The notes below the pieces were generated by a model. The model was not told the origin of the DNA. It made no database searches and saw only the letters and a list, made by a program, of their open reading frames with translations. A stretch of DNA of 64,000 nt from Haliotis rufescens (Eukaryota): NCBI RefSeq assembly GCF_023055435.1, contig NW_025963824.1, positions 25,110,001-25,174,000 on the forward strand, read 5' to 3'. Of this stretch, positions 53,130 to 64,000 are shown piece by piece. The position numbers were made by a program, and so were the translations under genes. Every line of letters starts with the position of its first letter. Within the stretch, counting starts at the first letter, position 1.

Positions 53130-54150
53130 ACTTATAGTTTTCTTGGATCTTTACGGGTTTATACTAAAATATGATTGATGTTTCCGCGGAGTATTAAGTG
53201 TCATATCAGTATATGTGTATGTGTGTTCTTGGATTCCTTGTATCTTTACGGGTTTATACCAAAAGATGGAATTGTGTTTCCGCGGAGTTTGACGTCTTAT
53301 TCCAATATATGGTGTTTATGTGTTCTTGTATTTTAACGAATTTGTGCCAAAATATGGTAATAACGTTTCCTTGGAATTGTAAGTGTTTATTCCAAAAGAT
53401 GGATTTATGTTTCCACGGAGTATTATGTGTTGTATCGGTATTTATTATTTGTGTGTTCTTGGATTCCTGGTATCCTTATGTGTTTATACCAAAAGATGGA
53501 ATTATGTTTCCGCGGAGTTTTAAGTGTTATATCAGTATATGGTATATGTGTGTTCTTGGATTCCTTCTATCTTTACGGGTTTATACCAAAAGATGGAATT
53601 ATGTTTCCGCGGAGTTTTACGTCTTATTCAAATATATGGTGTTTAGGTGTTCTTGGATTATAATGTATTTGTGCCAAGATATGGTAACTACCTTTCCTTG
53701 GAATTGTATTTTTTAGTATGGAATAATTATGTTTCCGTGGAGTTTTACATTTTATTCCAATACATGGTGTTTATGTGTCCTTGGAATTTGGAATTGGTTC
53801 AGCCATAATATGGTGAAAAGATTTCTTTGGAACTGGACGTGTCAATATCAAAATTTGGAATTATGTTAGAGCGTACACTAACCTATGTCGTTTAAGTGTT
53901 CTTGGAATTTCTGCCAAAATGTGATATCAAAGCTTCCTCAGATCTTTTTACATGTTATAGTATTACCAAAAGTATTTTACCAAAATATAGCATTACATTT
54001 TCCTTGAAATTGTACGTGTTTATAACAACCTATGGAATTTTGTTTACTTGGAGTTTTTAAGTGTTTATGGCAACATAACCTGTCTTGGAATTTGAGGGGT
54101 TCTTACCGAAAAATGATATTAAGTTTCTTTTGGATATTCGTGGTTGATAA
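53130..54150. repeat. Degenerate ~40-bp tandem repeat with a ~327-bp higher-order duplication
   Basis: Recurring TGTTCTTGGA / TTTATACCAAAAGATGGAATT; near-identical blocks at ~53229 and ~53556. Confidence 0.75.
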
Positions 54151-54467
54151 CATTTGACAAAAAGTGTTTTATTGGATTTATCAAAATATGTCCTCTTTGT
54201 GTTCACATTTTCATGGCGTTGTATTGGCACGTGTATACATATGCAGTTTAACAAAATATTTTATTATATATATTCTTTGATGGTGACGTGTTCTGATACT
54301 GCATCACCGACCTCATTAATTAAATCATTATTGCTATCATTATTAAGATTCGATTTTATTACAAGTTTTCGCAATTGACGTATCAGCAATCAAGCACCGT
54401 AATTGTCTTGTTTTCGGGCGAAGAACAGTCCCAATTGCAAATTCTCCATTATTGTCGTAAGGGTACG

Positions 54468-54795
54468 CTTGGGTAGCCAAGTGGTTAAAGCGTTCGCTTA
54501 CACGCCGAATGCCCGGGCTCGATTCCCTACATGGGTACACATTGCCCAGTTGCCACAATTTTCTGTGCAAGGTTGCTTCCCTTGGGCGCAACATAAAGAG
54601 AGTTGGTTCGAATCCGCGGTCGCCCTGATTATGTGTGTGGGTTTGTCGGCACCATACCTGTGCCCGCGTGTTTTACCGAAACGGTTATGTCTGAGACCTG
54701 CATCACTTCGAGCTGTCCACCCACATCACGTTGACACGCCGTGATATAACTATAATACTGTTCAAACCGGCGTCAAACCTAACTCACTCACTCAC
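54468..54795 (+). mobile_element. SINE A head directly followed by a SINE family D body
   Basis: gggtagccaagtggttaaagcgttcgct...gggtaca, then ggttcgaatcc...gacacgccgtgatataact...(actc)n. Confidence 0.75.
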
Positions 54796-55059
54796 TGTAT
54801 TGCGCGAGATAGTGCTACCGACGCTCTCTACAATCTACATGTTTTGACACACATGGCGCGTGGGTGAAATGTTTCCAACACATGAAACGTGTTCCCATCT
54901 TTGAAGCACATGCCAAAATATTGTTTTACGTGGAAAAGGATACTGTTTAATTGGATAGGTTCTCCCAAGTAATTGCCATATTTTAATTTATTTTTGTGTT
55001 TGTGTGTGTGTTTGTGTGTATTGGGGGAGGGGGGTGGTGGCATTCTATACTTGTAACGG

Positions 55060-55231
55060 AACGGTCGTGTAGCCTAGTAGTTAAAGCGTTCGCTCGTCAC
55101 GCCGAAGACCCGGGTTTGATTCCCCACAAGGGTACAATGTGTGAAGCCTATTTCCTGTGTCCCCCGCCGTGATATTGCTGGAATATTGCTATAAGCGGCG
55201 TAAAACCATACTCACTCACCCACTCACTCAC
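55060..55231 (+). mobile_element. SINE family A
   Basis: Full-length match. Confidence 0.9.
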
Positions 55232-55273
55232 GGTCGTCCGGCTGTCAGGATGCGAAGCCCTGCTGCTTACGCG

Positions 55274-55445
55274 AAGTCCTTCCTTACTGCAACCACGCAC
55301 TCCTGTACTGACGCCCAGTCCTTCCTTACTGCAACCACGCACTCCTGTACCGACGCCCAGTCCTTCCTTACTGCAACCACGCACTCCTGTACTGACGCCC
55401 AGTCCTTCCTTACTGTAACCACGCACTCCTGTACTGACGCCCCTT
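55274..55445. repeat. 42-bp tandem repeat, 4 units
   Basis: AGTCCTTCCTTACTGCAACCACGCACTCCTGTACTGACGCCC. Confidence 0.92.
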
Positions 55446-56019
55446 CCTCTTGTACCGTGGTCACGCCCCTTTGTAACGGCGCCCCTCCCATCTCCCTCTC
55501 TGCGGCTTCATCATACGTCAACTGAGGTTTAGAAAGTTGTTCAGACGATTAATATTAGCTGACGCTTAAACACGATATTTCTATTTGGTTTTTTTTCCAC
55601 ATATTGTTTTGTTCTGGTTAGATAACATCAAAGTTGTCTCCTTGATTTATGTCTCTGAATGGTTGAAACGTGCTGAAGTCGGATTCTTGAGATAATTAGC
55701 AGGTTCTTGCTTAAACTCGTAAGAGCACATGGCAGCTGAGAGATTTGGAGCTTGATAGCAATGTTCAATGATTCTTATCTTTCCTAAAGGAGAAATATAT
55801 CAACTGTATCGTTCCTGAGGGTTTGTCATATTCGCTTCTTTTTAATCAAGAGGCGACCTGATATGATGGCAGTGTTCGTTGGCTGTATGTTGGCTTCTCG
55901 CCAAAACAGGTTACACGTTTTCTGGCACAGTCGGATGTTCTTGGTTTTGTACATGTCTTTTCATATCCTTACCAAGTGCTTATATCGTATAGTGACCGAT
56001 AAAAGGGCATTGTAATCCA

Positions 56020-56086
56020 TGACGTCATAAACAAGAATACTTTGTTGCCTAGTGACCGGTGACGTCACACGTGGAGGAGATGACGT
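56020..56086 (+). promoter_or_regulatory. Candidate promoter: CRE/ATF cluster plus E-box
   Basis: TGACGTCA at 56020-56027 and 56060-56067, CACGTG at 56068-56073, TGACGT half-site at 56081-56086. Lies just upstream of a perfect splice donor at 56156. Confidence 0.45.
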
Positions 56087-56491
56087 TTCTTCTACAGCTT
56101 CACGCTATTGTGTTGTCCGTGTTCTGGTTCAGTCTCTCTTTCTTTAGAATGAAAGGTAAGTGCAGATGTACTTTATGAATATTCTATTTCTCATCTACGC
56201 ATCATGTGTTGCTTTTATTCCAGCAAGAATTGGTCATCGATATTCGACTCTGGATACAAAGGATCGGCCATTCTTTGTAAACTAAATATAGTGAACAAAA
56301 AATGTTAGAGATCATGATTATGTTTGGGTATGTTTTTTTTGTAGTGAAGATTGAGCATATAATTTCATAACATTATCCCCCAAAATATTCATGATCCCTA
56401 ACTTTTTATGTGATATTTGTATTTTCTTGTCAAATGGCACGTTATCTAACAAAGTGACAAAGTTGCTTTTTTTATTTGTTTGTTTGGTCCT

Positions 56492-56660
56492 GCAGGCTCG
56501 CTGACTTGGTTGATGCATGTCATCCATATTGTGTGGATCAGTGCTCATGACATCAATCACGGGATTGTGTGGTCCAAACTCGATTATTTACAGATGGTCG
56601 TCATATAACTGGAATATTGCTAAGTGCGGCGTTAATCAACAAACAAGCAAACAAACAAAA
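56492..56660 (+). mobile_element. Family C, 5'-truncated
   Basis: Body and tail match. Confidence 0.8.
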
Positions 56661-56763
56661 ACAAAAATCACGACCAGGAACCCGTTCCACAGAGCGAACT
56701 AGGCGTAGTGTACTTTTGAAAACTGGATTTGACCCAAAAATTACAAACGTTATCAAAACGTTA

Positions 56764-56814
56764 GTGTTTGTTTGTTTGTTGTTTAATGCCGCACCCAGCA
56801 ATATTCCGGCTATA
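56764..56814 (-). mobile_element. Family C tail only (51 bp) with exact 10-bp TSD
   Basis: CAAAACGTTA at 56754-56763 and 56815-56824. Confidence 0.8.
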
Positions 56815-57240
56815 CAAAACGTTACTAGGCTGAAAACAGTCGCCGATACGCTGCAAACTTAAGGTCCAAAACATAAGTTGAACGGTGATACCCGTATTAA
56901 ATACATCACCATCCAATAAGCAATTCTTGCTTAAAACATGATGAAAATTTGTATGAAAAACTTCAAAATTATGACGAATCGCGAGCGGAAACCAAAAAGA
57001 ATATATCAAATTGGATTTTTATAAAGCTACCGACTTTACTTTATGAGCCTCGTCTCACTGCTTCAAGACATACGATTCTCTTTCCAGAAAGGATCTGAAC
57101 AAACACATTTTTTTCCAGGTAATTCAGCAAGTACGGCGAGCAATGTTTACTTTTTATATTATTTTCGTTAGAAAATAAAAAAAAATTAACTCAGAATTTA
57201 AAATGATCGATCCTTAAACATATTTTCCTCTTTTTCAGGC

Positions 57241-58656
57241 ATGGAGTGGATCTCTCGTTATAAGGCGGTGTTCGGACTCTTTACCCTACTAGCCATCCTG
57301 GTTGCAGTCTACATTTACACAGTCGGGAACGAGGCTACAGCACCGACGTCCTTGACCTTCAGGACTTGGCCTGGACAAAGTAGCCCCCAACATCTATATG
57401 ATGTCATCATTCAGCGGACCAATAAGACAATGTTTGGGCAGGCACGAGGGGGATATATGTATGACCCACAGGTCAAGGTCACGTCACCCGAAGCAGTCGT
57501 TCAGCCATCCCCAGCAAAGGAACCCATTGTTTCAGAATTCGGTTGGATCAAAAACCTGAATTTGTCCGAAATGGCAGGAACAACCAGTGCCAAAGAGTCA
57601 GAAATCAGTGAAGAAAACATGATACTCCAACCAGTCAAGGCCAAGATTCATAGACGAATTGCTCAACTTAGTTTGGAGAAAGAAGCCGATACAGACAGCT
57701 TCCTGGAACCTCTTCCTGGTCTTCCACTGCCAAATAAGAGGAAGTACCTGGTGTACTTGTGTGATCGCAAAACGACTTGTGGGGGATTGGGGGATCGACA
57801 AAGGGGGATTATGGGGGTGTTCCTCTTAGCGTTGGTGACACGGCGGAGGTACGGCATCAGAATGTTATCACCCTGTGAATTGGACAACTTCTTCGCCCCA
57901 AATAAAATTAACTGGACAGTGAGCGAGAGTGTCTTAAGGCTCCCGTTTTCAGACCATATAAACGCAATGGATGATGGTGAACTCAAAAAAAGCCTCGTGG
58001 AAGGGGACTTTAACGAGAACCATCTGGAAGATGTTGTATTCTTGAGGGATAATATGGACTTTACCAGACCAATAATCCAGCATCCCAAGTACAAAAAGTT
58101 ACTTCCGGAATGGGCAAGGTCAGGGTCGAAGTCAAAGGTATTTGGTCATGTTTGGAATTTACTGTTTAAACCTTTCGGCAGTATGAAAGTGAAACTTGAC
58201 AAAGCATTTGAACAAATCAACCAGACGCCTCATAGTAAGCTGGTCTGTGCGCATGTTCGTATTGGGCGAAATCCAACCATTCCTGGAGATCAGTCAAATG
58301 TGAATTCTATACAAAGTGTGAGAAAACTGTGGAAATTCCTTCGCGGATACGAAAAAGAAACCATATATTTTATAGCGACGGACGCCGAGAGGGTGCGAGA
58401 TATGGCGCGACGAGAGTTTGGAAACAAACTTTTGACTGTTGAGGGGAAGATCCGCCATATTGATCGTCAGCGTGATGACCGCGATGCTTGTGATGGATTC
58501 GAGACTGCGTTACTCGAACAGCAAATACTGAGTAAATGCGACGTCCTCGTCCTCAGCCAGAGCGGCTTCAGCATGTTCGCCTCTTATATGAGAGGGACCA
58601 GTAGAGACTTGTTCATATTTAATGACGGGCAGATAACTCCATTTGCCCTGCCATAA
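57241..58656 (+). CDS. Type II membrane fucosyltransferase-like glycosyltransferase (alpha-2/alpha-6/O-FucT GT-B superfamily), 471 aa, single coding exon
   Basis: Only long, compositionally normal ORF in the window. N-terminal TM anchor (AVFGLFTLLAILVAVYIYTV), stem region, then CGGLGDR, CAHVRIGRN (motif I), YFIATD (motif II) and QILSKCDVLVLSQSGFS (motif III). N-glycosylation sequons NKT/NLS/NWT/NQT. Strong splice acceptor (tattttcctctttttcag) ends 2 nt before the ATG. Confidence 0.88.
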   Translation: MEWISRYKAVFGLFTLLAILVAVYIYTVGNEATAPTSLTFRTWPGQSSPQHLYDVIIQRTNKTMFGQARGGYMYDPQVKVTSPEAVVQPSPAKEPIVSEFGWIKNLNLSEMAGTTSAKESEISEENMILQPVKAKIHRRIAQLSLEKEADTDSFLEPLPGLPLPNKRKYLVYLCDRKTTCGGLGDRQRGIMGVFLLALVTRRRYGIRMLSPCELDNFFAPNKINWTVSESVLRLPFSDHINAMDDGELKKSLVEGDFNENHLEDVVFLRDNMDFTRPIIQHPKYKKLLPEWARSGSKSKVFGHVWNLLFKPFGSMKVKLDKAFEQINQTPHSKLVCAHVRIGRNPTIPGDQSNVNSIQSVRKLWKFLRGYEKETIYFIATDAERVRDMARREFGNKLLTVEGKIRHIDRQRDDRDACDGFETALLEQQILSKCDVLVLSQSGFSMFASYMRGTSRDLFIFNDGQITPFALP

Positions 58657-59040
58657 CTACCCGTTAGGTTCTGTTATAGTGCTCACTGGGCAATCAACAT
58701 CGGACATATATTGCTTCCGAATAAGGGCAGATAACTCCATTTGCCCTGCCATAGGGACCCTTGAGTTTCAGTGACCGGAAGTGCAACGTGGAACATACAT
58801 CGCTTCCGATTAAGGGCAGATAACTCAGTTTGTCCAGCCATATTGATACATAAAGATCAACCATTGTGTTCAGTGTCCAGCAGTGCAACATGGGATATAT
58901 ATCGCTTTCAAATAAGGGCAGATAACTCCCATTTGTCCAGCCATATCGACGAACAAAGATAAAGCATTGTGTTTAGTGGCCCGCATTGCAACATGGGATA
59001 AATATATCGCTTCCAATAAAGAGCAGACAATTCCATTGAT
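58627..59040. repeat. ~90-105-bp degenerate tandem repeat that starts inside the end of the CDS
   Basis: GGGCAGATAACTCC...GCCATA at 58627, 58725, ~58814, ~58916 and ~59021. Confidence 0.85.
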
Positions 59041-59739
59041 ACTACAATAGTCGATTTGGTCATAAAAAGATCTCATGGGGTTTATCTTGGCCCTCATTTA
59101 TCAACATTGCTCAACGTGTGTTCATCCATCTGCCTGGAGGACAATAAAGAGAAAGGACCACCGCGTGGTATGCCGCGTCAAACCTTTATCATCGGCAGTA
59201 GTGGAACAGTCAATACAGGAAATCCAATCAAGTTAAAATACAAATAGAACAAGGCTGAAACTACCATATCTTCGTTCCCGTTATACCAGTGTCATTGTCC
59301 AGATTCTGCTTCAAGGAACGTCTTGCCAAAGACCGTGACTTCATATTTCGTTCATGGGGGACTACGCCCGAGTAATTTGCAGACCTACAACGTTTTATCC
59401 GAGTCATTGAATACACATTTTGCCAACCTTTGTGATTATTATTTTCGTAATTAATACCAGAATTACACCAAAAATTCATTTTGGCACGATACAACGTCTA
59501 GACTTAGAGACGAATTAGACACTTGGCAGTGGAGCGAGTCCTTCTTTAAACCGAGTGTGGAAAAGGCCAAAGAACTTACACGCTTACACACCACGCTGTC
59601 CACGTTATATTGTAAGAACCTGATAACTTAAGACTTAAAATCAGAATTTGGCTGATAGTCTTGCAAAGGCCAAAACAGTATCAACACTTTCCGATGTAAT
59701 GGATGTCAACAGTACATTGAAAGGATACACTGTTCCATG

Positions 59740-60160
59740 AAATGGATGGATATCGGTATGGAATCATGATATGAATATACACGGTTATACTACGATAATG
59801 AAACATTGTGCTATACAAAGACCAGTTCTGAGTATGAGGAATTCAATTCACAGCGTGACGTCATTGACGATGTATGGTGGTACGATTGGTCTCCAGCAAA
59901 TGATTTTCATTACAAGACGGTGTAAATTTATGACGTGTGCTAGTTGTGTTTGTTAAACTGAGGAAATACAACCAAGTGGATTGCGGTCCAAAGGAGAGAC
60001 AACTCCAGCTCATTACGACAACGTGTTTTACCCTGACTTTGACGTTGTTTAGCAACACGTTTTACATTGTAACAATATTAATGGACCATTTAGCTCAATG
60101 GCGTGAGCAGGTTGACAATGGTTTGCCTGTTCTTGACGTGACTATTTACAGGCGTGATAA
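59740..60160 (+). pseudogene. Possible heavily decayed Penelope-like reverse transcriptase fragment
   Basis: DIGMES (cf. G.AMGS) lies 35 codons before IDD in the same frame; NGLPVLDVTIYR (cf. LPFLDV) follows in another frame; many stops. Confidence 0.3.
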
Positions 60161-61884
60161 AGCTGAAATGAGGTGGAACTAAATCATTGGATCCTCTCAA
60201 CTATGGAAGTCGCAAGTCTGCTATACACTGCACCATTCTAACTCTCAGGAACTGTCTCAACTAGACAGAACTCAGTATTCAGTCCGAGAATACGGTCTTC
60301 CCTTTCATACTTATTCCGTCATCTTCATGCAAAGCCAGTTCAGTGTTTCTGCAGCCATTTACCAAATGTTTGATGTCCAAATGCGTATGTTCTCACATTG
60401 CTCTGATGGACAAGAACAGTGCATTCAGTGTTGTTCATCAAGACATCCTTGTTGATACGGGAAAGCATAACAACCAAAACGTAAAACTGTTGATGCGAAG
60501 GGACCGACCATTTAATAATTTTCAATTTATATCAGAAAGGAAAGTTAAATAACTAGTATGTTTTTTGTTGGGGTTTTGTTATTGTTTCGTTGTTATTTTT
60601 TGTTTTTCGGGGGGGGGGGGGGGGGGGGGGGTCTTTTTTTTTAAATCTGCGGACATTTTTCCCTTGATTTTTCGAGATATATTTTTATTATCAAATGGTC
60701 GGCCCCATTATTACCATTTTGCATGAATGTATCGTTATGCTGACATGACTGTATGGTTTGTATATATATGAAGTGGAATCTTTTGACATGTCGTTCAACA
60801 CATTTCATATTAGGCCAGTACTAGACACGTGTTCTTCGGACTCGCCTCATGGCATCTTTATTTCAATTCTTTTTGGATTTTGGGATGAGGGGGGGGGGGG
60901 GGGGGCGTCAGTGATATCAAATATGTTGTCTATATTTATATCTGTTTCAAAAGCAATAATACAAAAGTAAAAGTTGTAATTTCAAACGAAGAACTATAGT
61001 TGTCCAAGAATCCGAAGAACAAACAACGAACATGTTATGCTGTTAAAACATTTTGAAAGTTCAATACAGTCGAGGAGGCCCATAAATCAGTCATTGAGTG
61101 AGTTGCGTCTATTACATGTGCCAGGATCCGCTGATCGTGGGTTTTGAACCCGTAATCATGGTGAACGTCCTGCTTCACTTCGGGCTTTCCTCCCACATTA
61201 ACCTGACACGGCGTGATGTGACTGGAATACTGTTCACTCCCTTCTCACGTCTGAGGGATTTATACCAACATGGTCTGATTGACTGTATCCAAAGATGCAT
61301 GATTGATAGTATGATTGACATAGTGATTTTGTAGCTGTGCATAATGACATATACAATCCAAACCTGCCCAGACAGGAGATATTGCTTGTGTGAGCTCAAA
61401 CAATATCTCCTTGGAGATGTCGCCTGACCTCTGATTCTTTGATTGGCATATGCGTTAGCTAAAGGTTTAAATGTTCAAATCACGTGTCATTCTATTTTAG
61501 GGTATTTCGAAACAGCATAAACTCCATTTACCAATTTACAATTTCAACAAAAGAAAGTCAGTTCGTTCATTTTATGTTCTGAATTTAAAAAACACATGTA
61601 AAGGCAATATTTTGGATAGTGGATTCTAGCAAATAGCGCACCGCTACATAAAATATCTAGGCCGCAAAAGTGTCGAATTTAAAGCGCATTTGATATTTCA
61701 TTGCAAGGTGATGCGCCTTCATAATTTCAAGAAGGTCAGAAAGGTCAACGTGGTCATCAAATTAATACATGTTTTCGTACTGAGTGATTGAAAATGAAAT
61801 TGGACAATGAATAGAATCTCATCCCCGTGTCTTTTGATATCAAATATATCAACATAGGTTGTAAAAGGTTGAACGCCTGCATTT

Positions 61885-62243
61885 GAGGTGAGGTGAAATG
61901 NNNNNNNNNNNNNNNNNNNNNNNNNNNNNNNNNNNNNNNNNNNNNNNNNNNNNNNNNNNNNNNNNNNNNNNNNNNNNNNNNNNNNNNNNNNNNNNNNNNN
62001 NNNNNNNNNNNNNNNNNNNNNNNNNNNNNNNNNNNCCCCGACTAATCCCTGCTTTATAGTGCTAGCCCACTGAGATACCATGTCGCAGTTTAACAGGAAT
62101 ACCCCACTCAGACACATGCCGAGCGCTACGCAGGGGAACATTAAGTACCATCTTTTATCGTATTTTGGTATGACTCGGCCAGGGTGCGAACCCCGAACTT
62201 CCGCTCATCCAGCTGATGAACTATCCACTACACCGCGGAGGCA
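61885..62243 (-). mobile_element. SINE family B spanning an assembly gap
   Basis: Tail lies left of the gap; body and head lie right of it. Confidence 0.8.
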
Positions 62244-62818
62244 AACTTAATGTATTTGAACTAGGAGAGGTCTTTTTATCATGACGTTCGATAAATTACA
62301 ATTCTTTAATCAACTTCATTGGTCATACCTCTCTCATGGGGGATTGCTTATAGGGGCCCTGGAAATAATCGGGATTCAAAATCATATGTTTAAGATGTTG
62401 CCCACTGTAAATACTCATTTTCCTAATCATTTGGAGCGTAAATCTGTCATCACAGACCGATTAGTTATTTTTTGATAGCACCGAATTGGCCAAGATTGTG
62501 AGTTCTTGCATAGAACGTGACGGTTGCCATGGAAACACGACAGCTGATAGGAAATGCTTTCATTCATGCACGTACGCCTTCCCCCAAAAATGTCATCAAC
62601 ACGGAATTTTAGACTTCAAGGACACATTTGGAAAATTCAGTTTTACCCCATTTATATTACATGCAAACTGCGTCGCTGTGATGGATTTGTTTTTAAAGTT
62701 TTAAACATGTTCTCGAAACACTGGAAAAAAATAATTTGTCCTCATGTTTAACACTAAAGTAAACAATTAACTGGATATACTTGATGTCCTGAAAAAAATG
62801 AGTTGTGAGTTAGAATTG

Positions 62819-62877
<59 letters not shown>

Positions 62878-63071
62878 AATTCAAATTAGCTTCTTCGGGG
62901 TAAAACATCCACTTGGATACAGAACTGCATTATGTTTATTGGCTTTTGGTACAAGTATAAGCTACTAAATACTTGAACTGCTAGTTTGTAGATAACAACA
63001 TAAAACAACACAGACTGGCGTAACAAGAAACAAATAAATCTTTCACTTAGAGAACACTCATATAACTGTAG

Positions 63072-63144
<73 letters not shown>

Positions 63145-63705
63145 TACACGCATATAAGTGAAATAATATTAGACGCTACGTCAAACCCAGTTTCTCCTCA
63201 CATCACCCAATAAAATAAATATAAACCTCTTTTCCTCTAAAGATATTTTAGCGGTTTCCTTGTTTATTTGTATGCAACATAGGATATTTATGCAGGAACA
63301 TTCGAAAAATATAAATTCAGGGGTATGTAAATATTGGCTGCGAAAGCTACATTTCAATAATGGGTAAAGAAATAACAGCAGGATTGGGCGTGGAGTATTT
63401 TTATTTAACCACCGTGCATCGGGCCGGTCACAGTCGTGATTACACATAGACATTTTCGTAAACTTATTTTCATAAAAAACACATGTTCTGGTGTGATTTT
63501 TAAAACGCTCCACCAAAACTCATTTCCGCCCAGTCATGCATGTGCTGGCTTTGTTAAAAAAAGGCGTCTGATGCGAGGATTGGACTGTATCATTCAGAGG
63601 GGTGTCAGGATGAAGTCATTTTACATTAAACGGAGTCCCGGGTGCCGTTGCACAAAACAACCTCAGTCTTAAGACTCCTGTAAGTCTATGTTAAGGTATG
63701 GCAGT

Positions 63706-63943
63706 TGTTGTTTGTTGTTGGTTTGTTGTTTAACGCCGCACTCAGCAATATTTCAGCTATATGACGGCGGTCTGTAAATAATCGAGCATCGATCCACGCA
63801 ATTGGGATCGATGACATGCATCAACCAAATCAGCGAGCCTGACCACCCGATCCCGTTAGTCGCCTTTTACAACAAGCATAGTCACCTTTTACGGCAAGTA
63901 TGGGTTGCTGAAGACCTATTCTACCCCGATATCTTCACAGGTC
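63706..63943 (-). mobile_element. Family C inserted into a small DNA element
   Basis: Reverse-complement match; GTATGGCAGTT is duplicated on both sides. Confidence 0.85.
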
Positions 63944-64000
63944 ATTAACGACCGAGTATGGCAGTTACGATTGCTTAAGCTCTAATATCGCTTTGTATAA

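Larger units (their letters stand above)
56156..57238 (+). other. Putative 5'-UTR intron of the fucosyltransferase-like gene
   Basis: Donor AAG|GTAAGT at 56156 and pyrimidine-rich acceptor ...TTTTCAG| at 57238. Pairing of the two sites is inferred. Confidence 0.5.

Noticed and set aside
53198-53716. 172-aa hydrophobic ORF
   Set aside because: Lies wholly within a degenerate tandem repeat and has a non-ATG start.
57663-58094. Antisense 143-aa ORF
   Set aside because: Shadow frame of the real + strand CDS.

Overview
Repeat-dominated eukaryotic (animal) genomic DNA with four assembly gaps. The SINE repertoire suggests a mollusc, probably a gastropod such as abalone; this is inference, not verified. 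Only one credible host protein-coding gene is present: 57241-58656 (+), a single-coding-exon type II membrane protein of the alpha-2/alpha-6/O-fucosyltransferase (GT-B) superfamily. It has a candidate CRE/E-box promoter and a non-coding first exon about 1.1 kb upstream. The rest consists of a full-length but disrupted Tc1 (DD34E) transposon with perfect 26-bp TIRs, more than 40 copies or fragments of four short retroelement families that share one 3' tail, four copies of a ~190-200-bp TAG...CTA DNA element with 9-10-bp TSDs (AcademH-like), other MITEs, and several minisatellite/satellite arrays. The arrays include a 5.5-kb 34-bp satellite with a 31-monomer higher-order duplication. I found no CRISPR array, rRNA, true tRNA or prokaryote-type system. 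The best candidates for something new are the head-less retroelement family C with a structured, pseudoknot-like 5' end, the orphan fucosyltransferase-like gene, and apparent births of tandem repeats from a SINE tail and from the gene's own stop-codon region. All coordinates and counts were read by eye.
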